A model generated the notes under the pieces. The model saw only the letters and a list, made by a program, of their open reading frames with translations, did no database searches and was not told the origin of the DNA. A stretch of 64,000 bases of DNA from Lingula anatina (lineage: Eukaryota > Animalia > Brachiopoda): the NCBI GenBank assembly GCA_051362555.1, contig CM120647.1:18142651-18206650 (forward strand), written 5' to 3'. Positions 36,206 through 49,964 of the stretch are shown here, piece after piece; position 1 is the first letter of the stretch; every line of letters starts with the position of its first letter. A program made the translations under genes and the position numbers.

Positions 36206-39165
36206 AGATATGATAAAATATATATCTTGTAATCGAAACATATCAAATAACCAACGAGGACATTTTACTTGGAACTAACGAGTGCGCGGAAAAATTTGGG
36301 TTGTTATGTTGCTATCCTCAGGCCTACCCAACTACCAGACTCGGCACATAAGGATCCTGAATTAACCGGTATATCGGACCACACTACCTGTTTTCAAGGT
36401 GTGTGTCAGATCGCATTTCGGAGTATCAGTCAGAACACCGACAGGATGAGCCCGCGGTCGTCCTACAAAAATTGTTCTGGGGTATGATACTCCGAAATGC
36501 GATCTGACACACACCTTGAAAAGGGGTAGCGTGGTCCGAAAACCCGGTTAACTCAGGATCCTTATGTGCCGAGTCTGGTAGTTGGGTAGGCCTGTATCCT
36601 GGAAAGAAAAGGAGCCGGTTGAAGCATGGTCGAAGCAAAATTTAAGGGCCAGATGACCCACGGCACCCCTCACCCACCACCCACCACCCCGCCCACCCCC
36701 TTGTTTCTGCCATTACCTACATACCAATTGATGTAGATAAGCAGCATTTTGACCACCAGTTTGGGAGCACGCAGTAAAGCTCGGGCACTTGAAGTTGCAG
36801 GTTCGTTGACCTCTACCTTTTCTATGAGGTTCCGGGGAAAGACAAACCCGTTCATCCTTGCGGCGCGTCTTAAAATTACTTCTGCCTCTGCATGGCGCCC
36901 TTTGGTCAGTAACCACCTTGGAGACTCAGGAAGCAGGCTGCAAAATACATGTAATTTATTTAATTATGTCACCACGGGGCCGTAGGGACGAAAGAAGGTT
37001 TCGTACAATATGTGAATATTATTTTTACTGGAGGAATATGATCATTCTTTATAATAAAGAACATCATTTATGAAACCACCATATCTAAAAAAGTATTTTT
37101 CATTTTAGCTTTTATTGTAAAATATTACTTACTAGTACATCACGCATAAGAAATTATGCTTATATAATTTTGATTTCTTCAGATAAAGCATAACCTACCA
37201 AAACATCACAGCTGCCAGTAATAGATATGGTGCTGTCACAGCCAACACTAGATGGCGCCAGTCTCGCAGGAAGTAGGCTATCCCTACACCAAGCACCCCG
37301 GCCCCTGCATAAGTAATCGCCAATGCGTTACCTACCGCCATCCTTTTGTTGGGACCCGCCATCTCCAGTGCTGAAACGGAGCCAGGTTGCACTGAGGGAC
37401 ATGTTTTTTTTTTTTCAGACGCAAGTTGAATTAAATAATTTTATTAAGAGTTTTTGTTTTTATTTATTTACTTTTAACCCCATGAAGACCAATAGGAAGA
37501 TAAATTTTAGATTCACCATATTTTTACCCTCAATAAATAAATTGTAATTCATAAACGAATAAGAAGCGTCTGTTTCATTAATCCCCGCCCACCCCCAGTT
37601 CAGGCTATATATTCATTTCCTTTTAAAAAAGTACCCAAACAAAGCAACCTACCCATTGTTCCAGATAGACTGTATATGACGGTCGACCCAAAGCCACACA
37701 AGAACCGCATCGCTATGCTCCACAGATAGGTTGGTGAGAAGGCCCAAACTATCCCAGCCACGCCTGTGATGCTCACCCCAAGCAGCAGGGAGGGCTTTCT
37801 TCCAGCACTTAATTACATTGATAAGATTTAAGAATAAATTTACGCCACATCCTTTCGAATATCCATTAAATTTTTTTATAACAAGTCATTTTTAACTATG
37901 AGACCTGGACAATATAGAAAGTGATGGTAAAATAATTAATGCAGTGGAGATGTGTTTCTTTTTACCGTACATGTATAAGAATGTCACTAAGTAGATGAAG
38001 CCACATAGAAGATGAAGATAAACTATTAACTGCTGGCTACAAGCTGAACTAGAAAAGCACTCCGAGAGCGAATATCCATTAAATTTTTTTATAACAAGTC
38101 ATTTTTAACTATGAGACCTGGACAATATAGAAAGTGATGGTAAAATAATTAATGCAGTGGAGATGTGTTTCTTTTTACCGTACATGTATAAGAATGTCAC
38201 TAAGCAGATGAAGCCACATAGAAGATGAAGATAAACTATTAACTGCTGCAGGCTACAAGCTGAACTAGAAAAGCACTCCGAGAGCGCAGACCTCCGCCAA
38301 GGCAGCGATTTTTTTTATTATTGATAATTGATTGATAATTGATCCGGATCACCACCCAAAACAAATCATCTCTTCCTTGGCCCACTTCTGACAGTTCCTG
38401 AAAATTTCATCAAAATCGGTCCATAACTTTTTGTGTTATGCTGATAACAAACAAACAAACAGACAAACAGGGGTGAAAACATAACCTCCTTGGCGGAGGT
38501 AATTAATTACCAGAACAATAGCCAAATCACGCTGGCAACATCAATATTAATTACACTTTCCAAGCTTCTTGAAAAACGCACTGCTACATGGAATACAGAA
38601 GGGAAATGACATGAGGCAGACGGAAAACTACATTCTGTTTTACATGTACTATCAAAAGATACCCACACTGATATTTAGTTCCAAAATCCGTGACAGGCGT
38701 GCTTTACACATGGATACGCCTTTTACGTGTATACATCCTAAAACCTCGTTCTTATAGTAATCTTACTATGGCTTATTCTCACTGAAACTGACGTTCTACT
38801 TGAATCGATCCAACTCTTCTGGGACTCCGCTGAATACAACCAGGTTAACAGATCAACGGGCCTCCTCTTATTTCCAACTGACTCGTATATTGTAACATTC
38901 CTGTATTCTATTTGAAACTCCAGGAGGAGACGTGTTAATCTGTTAATCTGACTGCATTCAGCGTGAGTCCCCGCGGAGTTGGATCGATCTCAGTAGAACG
39001 ATAGCTTCATTGGAAATGAGTTCTATCACACGGATAATGAATGAAACTCACGCGTCTGATAATACACCCATTATTGGTCCTCCCACCAGAAATCCTAACG
39101 TGTTGGCAATGTAGGAATTGGTCAACTTGGTCGAGTCATCACAAACTAGACTGAACTAAACAAAA

Positions 39166-39206
<41 letters not shown>

Positions 39207-40974
39207 TGGTATTCTACGTGTCAAACGGGTGCAGAACAGTTCAGAATGTTGATGTTGTTTCCACAAAGGCATACAAGCCACAAGCGGATCCAGAACTTGC
39301 AGGGGGGAGTGGAAGTATAGTTTTTAAAAAGAAATACGAGATCAATCTATGTGTGCATAAACCTTTTATGGATGTCATAAAGATTTTTTTCTTATTTTTC
39401 TTGTTATGCGCTATTTCAAAATCATTCCCTTTTTGGAGGGGGCGAGGGGAGTACCTCAGTCCAAATGGGGCCATTCTAGCTAGATCCACCAATCATTTTA
39501 GTAAATGTTAAAAATCTAGAGTGTTTGTGGCAACCTTTATTAGTGTGTCAGGCACGAAATCTAGTGTCATGTTTTTATCTATGATGTTATTCGTACTTGA
39601 AAACGAAAAATAAAGAGCTAAAGAAAAAATTCACAAACCTGCATTGGATAGGAATATGTCATATCGGTGTTGTCATACACCCATTCTGTACATTTTCCCG
39701 CCACACTGTCACTTTGATTGACATTGTGGTGGCTGATGTTGTGGTTGCTGACATTGTGAAGTACGGTACATTCGTCATCAGTGACATTCATGAACGACAT
39801 GTTGATCATCCTCTGGTGCCATTCTCCCTGGATTTCGAACGTGTCATTGGGAAGACCTGGGAGCTTACACCTTGAAATCAGAATTGGTAAGGTATCCCAC
39901 TGTTGTCCTCGCGATATGTTTGATTGATTTCAATATCATCTAGCGCCTTTGCGAAAAAGTTTTTTTATTTTGGGGGGGGGGGGGGGGGGGGGGGAGGGGA
40001 AGGGGCGAAGGGGGTGGGTAGCTGGACTTGAAGGCGTGCACAACATGAAATCATATTATTTGTACCGGTGTGACAGGAATTGAAGTCTTAGGAACGGAAG
40101 TTCGGTCTCCCATATCATATGATTGGTACAGGTTAGGGTTAGTTGTAGTATTGGGGTTAGAATATGGGACGAATGTCACCTGTAAAAAGTAATGTGGAAC
40201 GGACTACGGTTCCTAGCGGAGGAATGAAATGGTGAATTCAGAGCCAGATGATCCGCGGACTAACAATGGATTCCCGCCTTCCACGTGCGCCGGCCCAGCA
40301 GGAGCAGAGCAATTAAATCTCTGCACTCTTTGACATGGGTGGTGCCGTGTTTGACCCGCTGACTAGTAAGTCCACGGATCAACTGTTTCTGAATGCTCCC
40401 TAAGGCTTCTGAAGGTCTGGGAGAAAGGAAAAGATTTATATACACCTAATCTAAATCCCCCCCCAATGTCTCTAGGAGGAGGCAGTTACCCCCCACCCCC
40501 CACCACCTCCACCCCTCGCATTCACCATGACTCTGACACACAGAGTGTGCTGTTTGTGATTCTACGGCCTTCATTTTCAACTTAATTTAAGTCACAACAC
40601 AATTAAATTCCCTTTAATTACCGACTTTTAAAAACGGAACTTCATTCTACAAAAAGGAACTTTATTCTACAAAAACTATTGAACATTTTCTCACTTTTTC
40701 AAGACAAGTATATCAATATTCCAACTTATCCACATTTTTTATATTATGAATGGGTATAAAAATGACACTATTAGACACACTACCTGAAGCTGGGCGTGTC
40801 CTCTATGAAGACAACGGCTGCATTGTTTACACTCATCAGGATGCAGGTTATCGCAAGCAAGACAAAGATCAGTTTTTGGTACGTCCCGAATTCTCCAATC
40901 AACGTCAAGATATTTTCAAAGTCCTTGTTGTTTTTGTCACAATCCTCCTCGCTCTCCTTTTTCTTTTCTTCCAT
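33685..40974 (-). CDS. SLC22-family (organic cation/anion transporter-like, MFS) protein, copy A
   Basis: Exons 40784-40974, 39639-39870, 39052-39155, 37653-37807, 37199-37370, 36725-36937, 35436-35659, 34584-34768, 34028-34182, 33685-33757. Motifs [55 protein letters not shown]; 104/155/172-nt exons typical of SLC22. Ends ETAAL-stop. Confidence 0.93.
35206..35420. mobile_element. Harbinger/Tourist-like MITE (GATCGATC family), 15 nt from an SLC22 splice donor
   Basis: GACTGCATTCCCACAGATTT...AAATCTGTGGGGACCCAGTC with TAA/TTA flanks. Confidence 0.8.
36130..36200. repeat. (TA)n microsatellite (others: (CT)n about 33821-33870 and 54551-54597; (GT)n about 29293-29326 and 63235-63300; (TATAT)n about 46902-46965)
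   Basis: Directly visible. Confidence 0.95.
36319..36594. mobile_element. Foldback MITE with about 110-bp TIRs and a 6-bp TSD (hAT-like CAG termini)
   Basis: CAGGCCTACCCAACTACCAGACTCGGCAC...GTGCCGAGTCTGGTAGTTGGGTAGGCCTG; TATCCT at 36313-36318 and 36595-36600. Confidence 0.82.
37856..38287. repeat. Direct tandem duplication of about 213 bp
   Basis: 37856-38068 is repeated from 38069 almost identically (one 3-nt insertion, one substitution seen). Confidence 0.92.
38263..38502 (-). mobile_element. Helentron/DINE-1-like non-autonomous element (HINE)
   Basis: Minus strand reads TTACCTCCGCCAAGGAGGTTATGTTTTCACC-(GTTT/GTCT)n...GATCCGGATC...CCTTGGCGGAGGTCTGCGCTCTCGGAGTGCTTTTCTAGTT: subterminal inverted repeat, microsatellite and 3' hairpin. 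Confidence 0.75.
38770..39022. mobile_element. Degenerate palindromic MITE related to 52414-52672
   Basis: Arms atcgatccaactc.../...gagttggatcgat and shared ggaggagRcgtgttaatctgtt core. Confidence 0.6.
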
Positions 40975-41511
40975 GTTTTGGCTTTTTTTTCTATTTGAAG
41001 TTTGAGAAGAATTGGTTGGTACTAAAATGGAGTTACAGAGAATGTATTATTTTCCTATGGTGATAATTAATGTCAAATGGGATCGCTAAGGAAGTTCTGC
41101 TTTTCGTTCAGGCAATCAAGACTTTCATACTGAGAACAAAACCACAAGTGCTTGAAAATTCAAAGCAGGGTAAAATTCACGAAAGCACTTAAAGTGCGCT
41201 TCGTGCTTTTAGGGTAGCAATGTTCTATATACTAGAGGCCAGCTTATAAATAATGGCAAATTTTCCATCTATAAATTTGCTATGGACATGAAGGTGCAAT
41301 GAATTTGCCACAGACATACCCGAGAATATCTTGTGAAAAACTTATATCTGTGGCCGTGAAAGAGGGTAGGGTAAATATATACTCTACCAGAGGGCCTTCT
41401 AGCTGTTACATGTACTAAGGACGTCCATATCCTTAACAGCTAGAATGGGCACTGGGAGGAGGCAAACGCCGATGTATTTGAGTTCCAAGAAGTGGGTAGC
41501 GAGTGTAGATT

Positions 41512-41736
41512 AAAGACTCCATTCCCATTCCATCTCTGAGGGGTTTCTCGCTAAATTGCTTTCACATTAAGCGGTTTAGATGTCAGGCACGCCTATTGAA
41601 GCTGTAAGTGGGTAATTAACTGTTGCTTAGCAGCTTCAGTGGGTGTGCCAGACATCGTAGCCTGTTAAGCTGAAAGCAATTTAGCGAGAATTCCTCGGAG
41701 CCGGACCGAACCCGCTCGATCGATCTAGGTATGAGA
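41512..41736. mobile_element. Degenerate palindromic GATCGATC-family MITE
   Basis: Same arms as 42513-42768 (gcctaYtgaagctg / cagcttcagt, ttctcgctaaattgc / gcaatttagcgagaa). Confidence 0.65.
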
Positions 41737-42512
41737 ATATGGCCAACATGGAGGTATGGACCACCTAGGGACCTGGTCTCCTCCGGGCTAATACGGGATA
41801 TGGTCCACTGAGGGTTCTCAGCAAACACTGGACTTTTTATAACGTTACCAGAACGTTTCCATAATGTTTTTTTTTTTGGTTATATAATGCTATGGTTACC
41901 TAACGTAAAAATAACGTTCTGGCTTGACTGGGTTAATTTGCTTAGATGGCTAAGATTTAACTAAGATTTAACAGGGTGAACCACTGAATTAAACTAAATT
42001 ACGGTTATGTGTATTTTGTGCACAGTTTAAATCACTTACCCACTCTGCATTAACTGATAAACAGCTCCAACGTGAAACAAGCGAAGACAAAGGTTATCTT
42101 CGGTTTTATATGTTGGTTACTTCTAACTTTATCTTAGGGCTCAAACCCAATGAAACTATCGTTCTACAGGTACTTAGATCGATCTAACTCCGAATTCTAT
42201 TCTAATTCCACTCTAAGTCACTCTTGTGAATGCAGTCACGTTAAGTGATGAACACGCCTCCTTCTCGCGTTAAGTGATCATACGAGTACTTTAGAAACAA
42301 AAGGAGCATTGATAGATAAAGGCGCGATAAACTGATATCAGCGTTTATGTTAAGTTCGGGCGATGTCACAAACAAAATACACAATAATAACACAGACAGA
42401 CAGACTGCAACTCGATCACGACAAATCTTTCAAGGCTAGTCGCCCGTCGCCATTAGAAGAGAACTTGACACAATCAGTGGGTTGTCAATGGACATGGCGA
42501 CTCATTACATAA

Positions 42513-42768
42513 GAACCCTTTCCCATACCTTGATAAATCCAACAGGATCGATCCATCTACGAGGGATTTCTTGCTAAATTGCCTTCAGCTTAAGCGGCTC
42601 TGATGTCTGGCATGCCTACTGAAGCTGTTAGGATGTAATTAACTATGGTTTAGCAGCTTCAGTAGGCGTGCCAGACATTAGAGCCGTTTGAGCTAAAAGC
42701 AATTTAGCGAGAAACCCTTCGGAGATGGATCGATTCTATTAGATTTATCCAGGTATGGGAATGGGGTA
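42513..42768. mobile_element. Fully palindromic Harbinger-type MITE (GATCGATC family)
   Basis: About 115-bp inverted arms around a short AT core; partial copies at about 51897-52077, 58566-58690 and 59397-59519. Confidence 0.78.
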
Positions 42769-42771
42769 TTG

Positions 42772-42980
42772 AACCCTTTTTACACTGGACGGCGTCTTTT
42801 CTGCGTCCCGTAGTACGGTCTATTTGGGAGTCTAAAATTCAATATTTTACGTGCCGACAACTGACCGATCATTGAGCATTTACTTCGCAACCAAATCTAA
42901 GTTTGTGCCTCCTTTCTACGACCAAGGCGATGCCAGTTTCATAGCCGCATCAATGACGCCGTCCAGTGTAAATGGGGGCT
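42772..42980. mobile_element. Harbinger-type MITE (TTTACACTGGACGGCGTC TIR), second copy
   Basis: tttacactggacggcgtc...gacgccgtccagtgtaaa; interior is the reverse complement of 32186-32408. Confidence 0.75.
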
Positions 42981-42985
42981 AACGG

Positions 42986-43066
42986 AATCTATATTCTATT
43001 GAATAATGACTCGATACGCATATCTTTATCGCGCTTTGCAAATACCACACGGCTTTGAACTGTGAG
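42986..43066. promoter_or_regulatory. Conserved non-coding block about 2.0 kb upstream of SLC22 copy A ATG (putative cis-regulatory element)
   Basis: aatctatattctattgaataatgactcgatac...ctttgcaaata aligns with 52969-53047 upstream of copy B. Confidence 0.5.
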
Positions 43067-43471
43067 ATACTGTATTTATGCCCGACTGGATTTGGTCTAC
43101 AGATCTATACACCAAATATTATGTCAGATAAGCATTCCTTGCGACAGGCGCAACGATATTGAAATGCCATGGCACGGCTAAGGGCTGGGTGACAACAAAC
43201 TTTTCCTTCCGCATAGCTTCTTTTAGGTGGATCTCTACGTGACTTTTCTCTTATCCGCTTCATTAATGCGGGAATAAACATTGTCATGTCATGAGGCAGT
43301 GCTCCTGTATCAAAAGTACATTGGGGCAAATTTATTAACTCGAGCTGATGACGTAACAGCAACGTTTTTCGGGATGAATCCTCCCATATATCTATGATAA
43401 GCACATCAATCAAGATATATTGTTAAATCTCCTTCTAAAAATTAACCAAACGCCGGCGCCGGATTCTACAG

Positions 43472-43721
43472 CAGTGGCTGATTTCGAGTGGGGTCTTGCC
43501 CCCTTTGGTTCCTGACAAATATATCACACCAATATTCCCCTCTTAAAATTGACATTTTGATTAGCTGAATCATAGTTCTAAACAGTACCAAAGGGCACCG
43601 TTTGCCCTCCAAAACACCAAAAAGTTTTCGGGGCCTGTTCACGCCAAGGGGGGCCATCGGCTTTGCATCCGAGGCTCGTCGTTCCGGACCCCCCTTTCAA
43701 ATAAATCTGGATCCGCCCCTG
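43472..43721. mobile_element. Non-autonomous TIR element of the CAGTGGC(G)GAT...ATCCGCCCCTG type
   Basis: Terminal inverted motifs; internal tagctgaatcatagttctaaac...ggcaccgtt shared with the element starting at 63330. Confidence 0.6.
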
Positions 43722-46029
43722 ACATGTATGTAGTACACACCCTACTGTAGTAGTCTCCTGCCGTACAGATTTTCATGATAACATCTGCCTTTGCTCCGGT
43801 CGTACACCATTCATTATCTCACACCAATTTATAAAGCAAAGGAATTGACGATTGACTGTGCAGAAGCGAGCGGGTGGTAAATAAAGCAACTAGAAATGGG
43901 GTTTGTGCTTCACAAGTTTTTTATTTTTACCATTATTTATAACGTGATATTAATGCATCGACTCATCGACTCATCGATCACAACTTAATTTTCTCTGCAT
44001 GTCGATTTTTCATTACATTAACATTTAACATTAGTACAAAATCACAGTGGAATCAGAAGAGACTGCTGCCAGCTGCAGTTGTGAACAAGTTTACATCTTC
44101 ACGAAATTGATAACAGGATCCTAAAAAAATAGATATCTGCTAGTAATGTTCATGAATATTTTACAGTATAATTAACAGTAACAGTATAATTAAATTAACC
44201 TGAACACAAATCCTGATGACGTTTTCATAATGTCAACAAACTTATGTAAGGAAACTTACACTCCACCTTCCATAAGATTCATTTAATTTAGAGGAAGCAT
44301 ACGACATATCATTACAGGGGTCAAAATCTTGGACAGGGTTTACCCGACAAACCACAGAATCCGCCAGTGCTGCAACAAGTAGTGTAGTCTGCAACAAAAT
44401 TAATGTATCTCATACCACAGACTTGACATTTGAGATGGAATATTTCAGTTTTAAAGGTATACCTTGGTAAAAATGCGTTCTTTTTTTTAAAAAAAACTTT
44501 GATCTCACATAAGGTATCTGACTTGAGAAGTATGAAGACAGGTGTGTCGCTACCAAGTAACTGACTACCAAGACTGTTGCACTGCTGCATTGTGCAATAT
44601 GCAGTGATTTAATTGGCTAGTGCTCCTTTGGGCTGGTCAAAGCTTGGCTTTGATGAAGCATGGTCTAGCAAAAAAGTCTCCATGTGTCTGCCACTACTGT
44701 ATCGAAGAATTGACATTTTGCATGCAAGCGGTCGGTTTTGCAGTCCGTAAAATGAGTTAAGCACTGTTTTATGCTGTGCCTGAATGGCGCGAGAAAGACA
44801 GACAGATATTGTGTTAAACGGAATGGTCTGCACAGTTTTATAGAATTATGCCCAGACTGATGCACCTGCACAGCGACCACGCCCAATGCATCGACATCTT
44901 ACCCGCAGGGTACAGGACCCACTGTCCTTCAGGATATACTGCTGTAATTAAACCAAAACCACCCAGTCCGTTTTGAATGAGGGGCAAATTGTCACCAAAA
45001 CGCGGTTTTCAAGGTTCTTAGCGAACACCAAAATGATTTCAGCAGTTTAGGATATCAGGCGACCTCTGAGGAAGCCACTGTAAACAGCAAAACATCGTAG
45101 TCTGTTTCTCTAATGAATTGGGGACCAGGACCGTTTCTGGGTAGAACACTGAAACCGCGTGGCTTTCTTTATTGAGGTCAGATTTCATCCGTACCGCTAA
45201 ACTGGTCAAAATAGAGTTTTTAGACATCCTGAAGAGGCCGACGACAAGGCGTGTGCCACTTCTGAAGTGACTAGGGTCACTGCCATCGTCACTTTTTGGA
45301 GTGGATACCACATTGGTGCCAAAACACTAATGGAAATCATCGATGAAAACCTGAACCAGATCAAATAACAGAATACTCTGGGAATCACTTGACTATCATT
45401 TGATAGGGGGCACTTTAGGAACAATTAATAGCAGATAACTTACAGAACCAATAGAATGAGCAGCTACCTTGGTCATCAAAATTGCCATATTTGAACCACA
45501 CAGACAATATGTGGGTAGGTCATTACTCGCTGAATCAACAGCCTGCATATCCTACAACAAAACTGGACCAAATTGGACAAACTTTAACCGTTGCCTGGAA
45601 TTTTATTCCAGATTAAACTCTAAAACCCTATCCGCTTGCCGCTTGAGAGCTCTGGTAGCAGCAACAGCGACTATTGCTGTGACTAGATACTGACATGAGG
45701 GGCCTTTGTGGGGCATGTAATTTGGAAAATATGGAGATCCAAAATGTCGCTTTCAATGGTTGTTGTATGACTTAAAATAGGCAATGTTTTTGTGTTTGCT
45801 TCACTTGCGAATTCAATTATTGAACTGATGTCACAATGACATCGAACAGATTATCAAAAGTTTTTATAACACGATTTTCGTTGGGGACTCTCAGTTACGT
45901 TACACCGGACCTACATGTATAGGTAAATTACACGAAGAACCTACGGCGAAATTCCCTCAGTTTGAAAAATAAGAAGCTGAGAAATATTCTTTAAAATATT
46001 CGCCTTTGTATAAAGCATGCGTCGTTTCT

Positions 46030-49000
46030 TCATAATGCGGTACTCTCAGATAGACCGGTACCCGGAGCCACCTGGTAACCGTTAGGGGAACTACCATATG
46101 GTCCTCGGCTACAAGAGAAAAACATAATCTTCAATAAGATTAATGCAAATTGTCTTCAAGGGTAAGGAGCATGCTTTGAGAGAGAGAGAGAGAGAGAGAG
46201 AGAGGTTGATTCGTGTCTGATATATCTAAATGATTTTTATTGTAAATGTAAATCTAAATGTATGTCTAAACGTCCGAATTGAAAAAACAATAGCTATTAA
46301 TATCTACTTAAACATAAGCATATGACCTTCCACCCAATATAAAAAGCAACATACTACTTAAAACTATTGGCCTCTTCCACAGTTTCGGGAAGGTCTTTCT
46401 TTGCTGTCTCCGGCAAAGGAATCGTACACATTGATCCAAATATGGCTGCAGCTCCAAATATCACAAGCGGTAGAGTGTCCTTCCCAATACTGTCTACTTT
46501 AATTTCCCTCTAAATGAAAAGAATTCACAAATGAAGATAAACTGACCAATATGAGTTAAAAGAATAAAAGAAACGATATACATATGTAGGCCTAAGTGTC
46601 AAGATAATACTTAATAATTAAAAAAAACGTCACATTTTCTGTCTTTTATCCACCCTTTTATCCCTCATTATTCAGATATTAAACACGAAAAAAGTCCCCA
46701 AAATGGTGTCGATAGAGGTGTAATTCTTCTCCCCAGTAATAATGTACAGAAAGACATGGCAGTCTCAACGACTGGCCAGACATTTTAACGCCATTTATTT
46801 ACTAGCTAGTAACTGGAATTAGTATCAATCATCAAAGTGCTGGGACGGGCCTAGGATAGCTTTTATTATTTTATTTTTATTGAATTATATACTAACTTAT
46901 TATGTTATATTATATTATATTATATTATATTATATTATATTATATTATATTATATTATATTATATTTATTTATTGTTATTATTTTAATTATTTATTTTTT
47001 ATTATTTTTTAGAAATATTTTTCAACTTACAACGATAACTGGAGCAAGAATGGAGCCACAACTGGCACAAACTGCAGCCAGTCCCAAACTGAAGTTACGA
47101 ACGACGGTAGGAAATATTTCGATACTCCAAATATATACGATATTATAGCCTGCAGCGACGCCAAACTTTCCAACCGTGGAAAGAGCTATCTTGATATAAT
47201 TTGTTGATTCTAGATCTGAAAGGTAATAATTGTCTATGTGATAAAGAAATTTTGCTTTTAATATACAAATAAGTATAGTGTAGCCTACTCAAAGTTCTGA
47301 GAAAACAACTAATCTTAAAGTAAATTATTCAAATAAAATTTTAGCTCCAAACAGATGTATTGTGTATTATCAAACATATTGATATTCAAAAACACTCCAT
47401 CCGTATCTGTTCAATGTTAGCCGTGTGGTTTACATTGTACCCTTACCATTATCAGCATAACGTTGAACAAGGAGAGACGATAGACATGCCAGGCCGCCCA
47501 CTACCATACACATAATGTATACCCTCTTCCTTCCAAATCTGTCGATAGTGAAGCACAATGTGTACGCTGGTATCTCTACTATGGATAAGAGAAAGATGTT
47601 GAGATAGATGTCGCCAGCCATGTTGCCAGCATGAAGATTTATTCCATAATACGTCATGTCCAAAACAAGCCTGTAATTGAAAAGATACGGACCTGAAATG
47701 TGAAGAAAGCTTGCTTCCTCATCAACGGATGATATAAAACTACGTCACGAATGGAAAAGCACTCGTTGATTTGTGATAACGTATCTTAGATTGGCTCTAC
47801 TAGAATCAACATAGGCTGCCACAAAGCCTCACCTGCTGATTATGGAAATAGGATTTGTATGATCTTAGCCAACTTAAAACTGTTTTCTCGTTAGTTTTGG
47901 GTCTTGCGTGGCAAGGTTTAAAAAAAACTTTTGAGAATGTAGTCGCATGTACAAACCAGTTGATGTACAGAAGCAGCATTTTAACCACCAATTTGGGAGC
48001 ATGCAATAAAGCTCGGGCACTTGAAGTTGGGGGCTCGTTCATTTCAACTTTTTCTACAATACCCTTGGGAAAGTAAGTCTTGTTTATTTTAGAGGCACGC
48101 TTCAATATTTTCTCTGCTTTTGCGTGAGCTCCTTTGGTCAGCAACCATCTCGGTGACTCTGGAAGAAAACTGAGAAGAGAAGAGTGATTCAAAACTTATG
48201 ATCAGAATAAAAATGGCGAAATGGCGGATTTATTGAACCGACCGTTACTATAAGTTGCTGCCGTAAACTATTATAGTTAACACGAATTTTATACTAGAAC
48301 CCACACTGTTCAGTCGTAAAGCCAAAGACACACCTTGGGCTTTAAACTTTTGTAAAGCTTGCATACGGCTTTCAAGAGATTCCAATACTTTCCTCGAAAC
48401 TACCAAGATCTGCTATTTTTTCATCTGTTCATGGAATTATGAATTGCGAACTGATACGCGCAACATTTTTTCATTGAACTACACGAAGCATTTCTCAGTT
48501 GTGAATCACACTTGTGAATTTTAGCTAAATTGTTATGAAACTTTAAATTGCTTACAAGATCATTGCACAGGCCAGGAGTACATATGGTGCAGATACGGCT
48601 ATCGATAGATGGCGCCAATCTCGCAGGAAGTAGGCTATCCCCGTAGCAACTGCCCCGCCCCCTGCATAAATGATCGCCAGCCCGGTGCCTGTCGCCATTC
48701 GTTTGTTGGGCCCCACCATCTCCAAAGCTGAAAAGGAGCCCAATTTCACTTTTATGTCAAGTAGTTATTGATTTATTTATTTATTCATTTTTGTTATATG
48801 AAATTGGCCGTACTCTATTTGGAATGTTCAGATCATACATTAGAGAAGCTACACTACAGAATAGCGTTAGGATATTTGATTTTGAACACGAATACCCCAA
48901 ATTGGCTTTTTCCCGTGATAAATTATTTCCTTTACTAAACGACATTTCTTTTCTTAAATCCATGGATGTGAATGAAGCAAAGATATGCTAAATAAAACAA

Positions 49001-49929
49001 CCTACTTAGTGTACTGGACAAGCTGTACATGCCGCTCATGCCAAAGCCATACAAGAATCGTATTCCTATACTCCAGAGGTATGTTGGTGAAAAAGCCCAC
49101 GCGACTCCTGCCAAACCCCCAACACCCATTCCGAGCAAAAGTGCAACCTTTCGTCCGATACTGAAAGATATTTGAAACAGGTTTGGGTATACGCTCATCC
49201 ACTGATGTGTGCCAAGTAGAGCCATTATTTAAAATGCTCGTTTTTTTTTTATTTACGAGTACGTTTTCATTAAACGTCCAAAGTTTGGTTCCTCCCTTTT
49301 GTCATTAATTAAGAACAAAGTATCTAAACATTTCCCTTTTTAATTGTATTCGCCCATAAAGATAATCAATTAGTAATCTCTCGATCACAATGACACACGT
49401 CCCATAAAACATATAGCAATCTTTTTTCGACAAAACATTAACATACTGTACTGGGTACATAAGGCATTACATAAAAATCAATCGCAAAAATTATAACAAC
49501 TTAACTATTTTCCAACTTCCCTTTAATTTAGTAATGCTTATATTAAATACCCCCCCCCCCCCCAAAAAAAAAAAAAAAAAAAAAAAAACAATCTTGCTAC
49601 CAACTATATCATCATCATCATCATAAAAATTATTATTATTATTATCATTATTATTATTATTTAAAACGACCAATAATATATACAGTTTCAATGTCATCAG
49701 TCGACATTTGACAAGATTTATCACTATCATCACTCACACATCGGCCAGCACACCAAACAGCGGTCCTCCCACCAGATACCCTAACACGTTGAATATGTAG
49801 GAATTGGTCAGCTTGGAAGAGTCGTCACAAACGAGACTGAACTAAACGGAACAGAAAACAGAAGAGATGTATTTTGTATTCATTGTTGAATAAAAAATTT
49901 AATATTTTGCACACACAGAGACACAGACA

Positions 49930-49964
<35 letters not shown>

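Noticed and set aside
40128-40160. GGTTAGGGTTAG telomere-like motif
   Set aside because: Only 2-3 imperfect units; a common internal motif of invertebrate repeats, not an interstitial telomere array.
42034-42110. Candidate TATA box and non-coding first exon for SLC22 copy A (similar candidate near 52300-52397 for copy B)
   Set aside because: Motif spacing is unconvincing and the two candidates are not homologous; needs transcript data.
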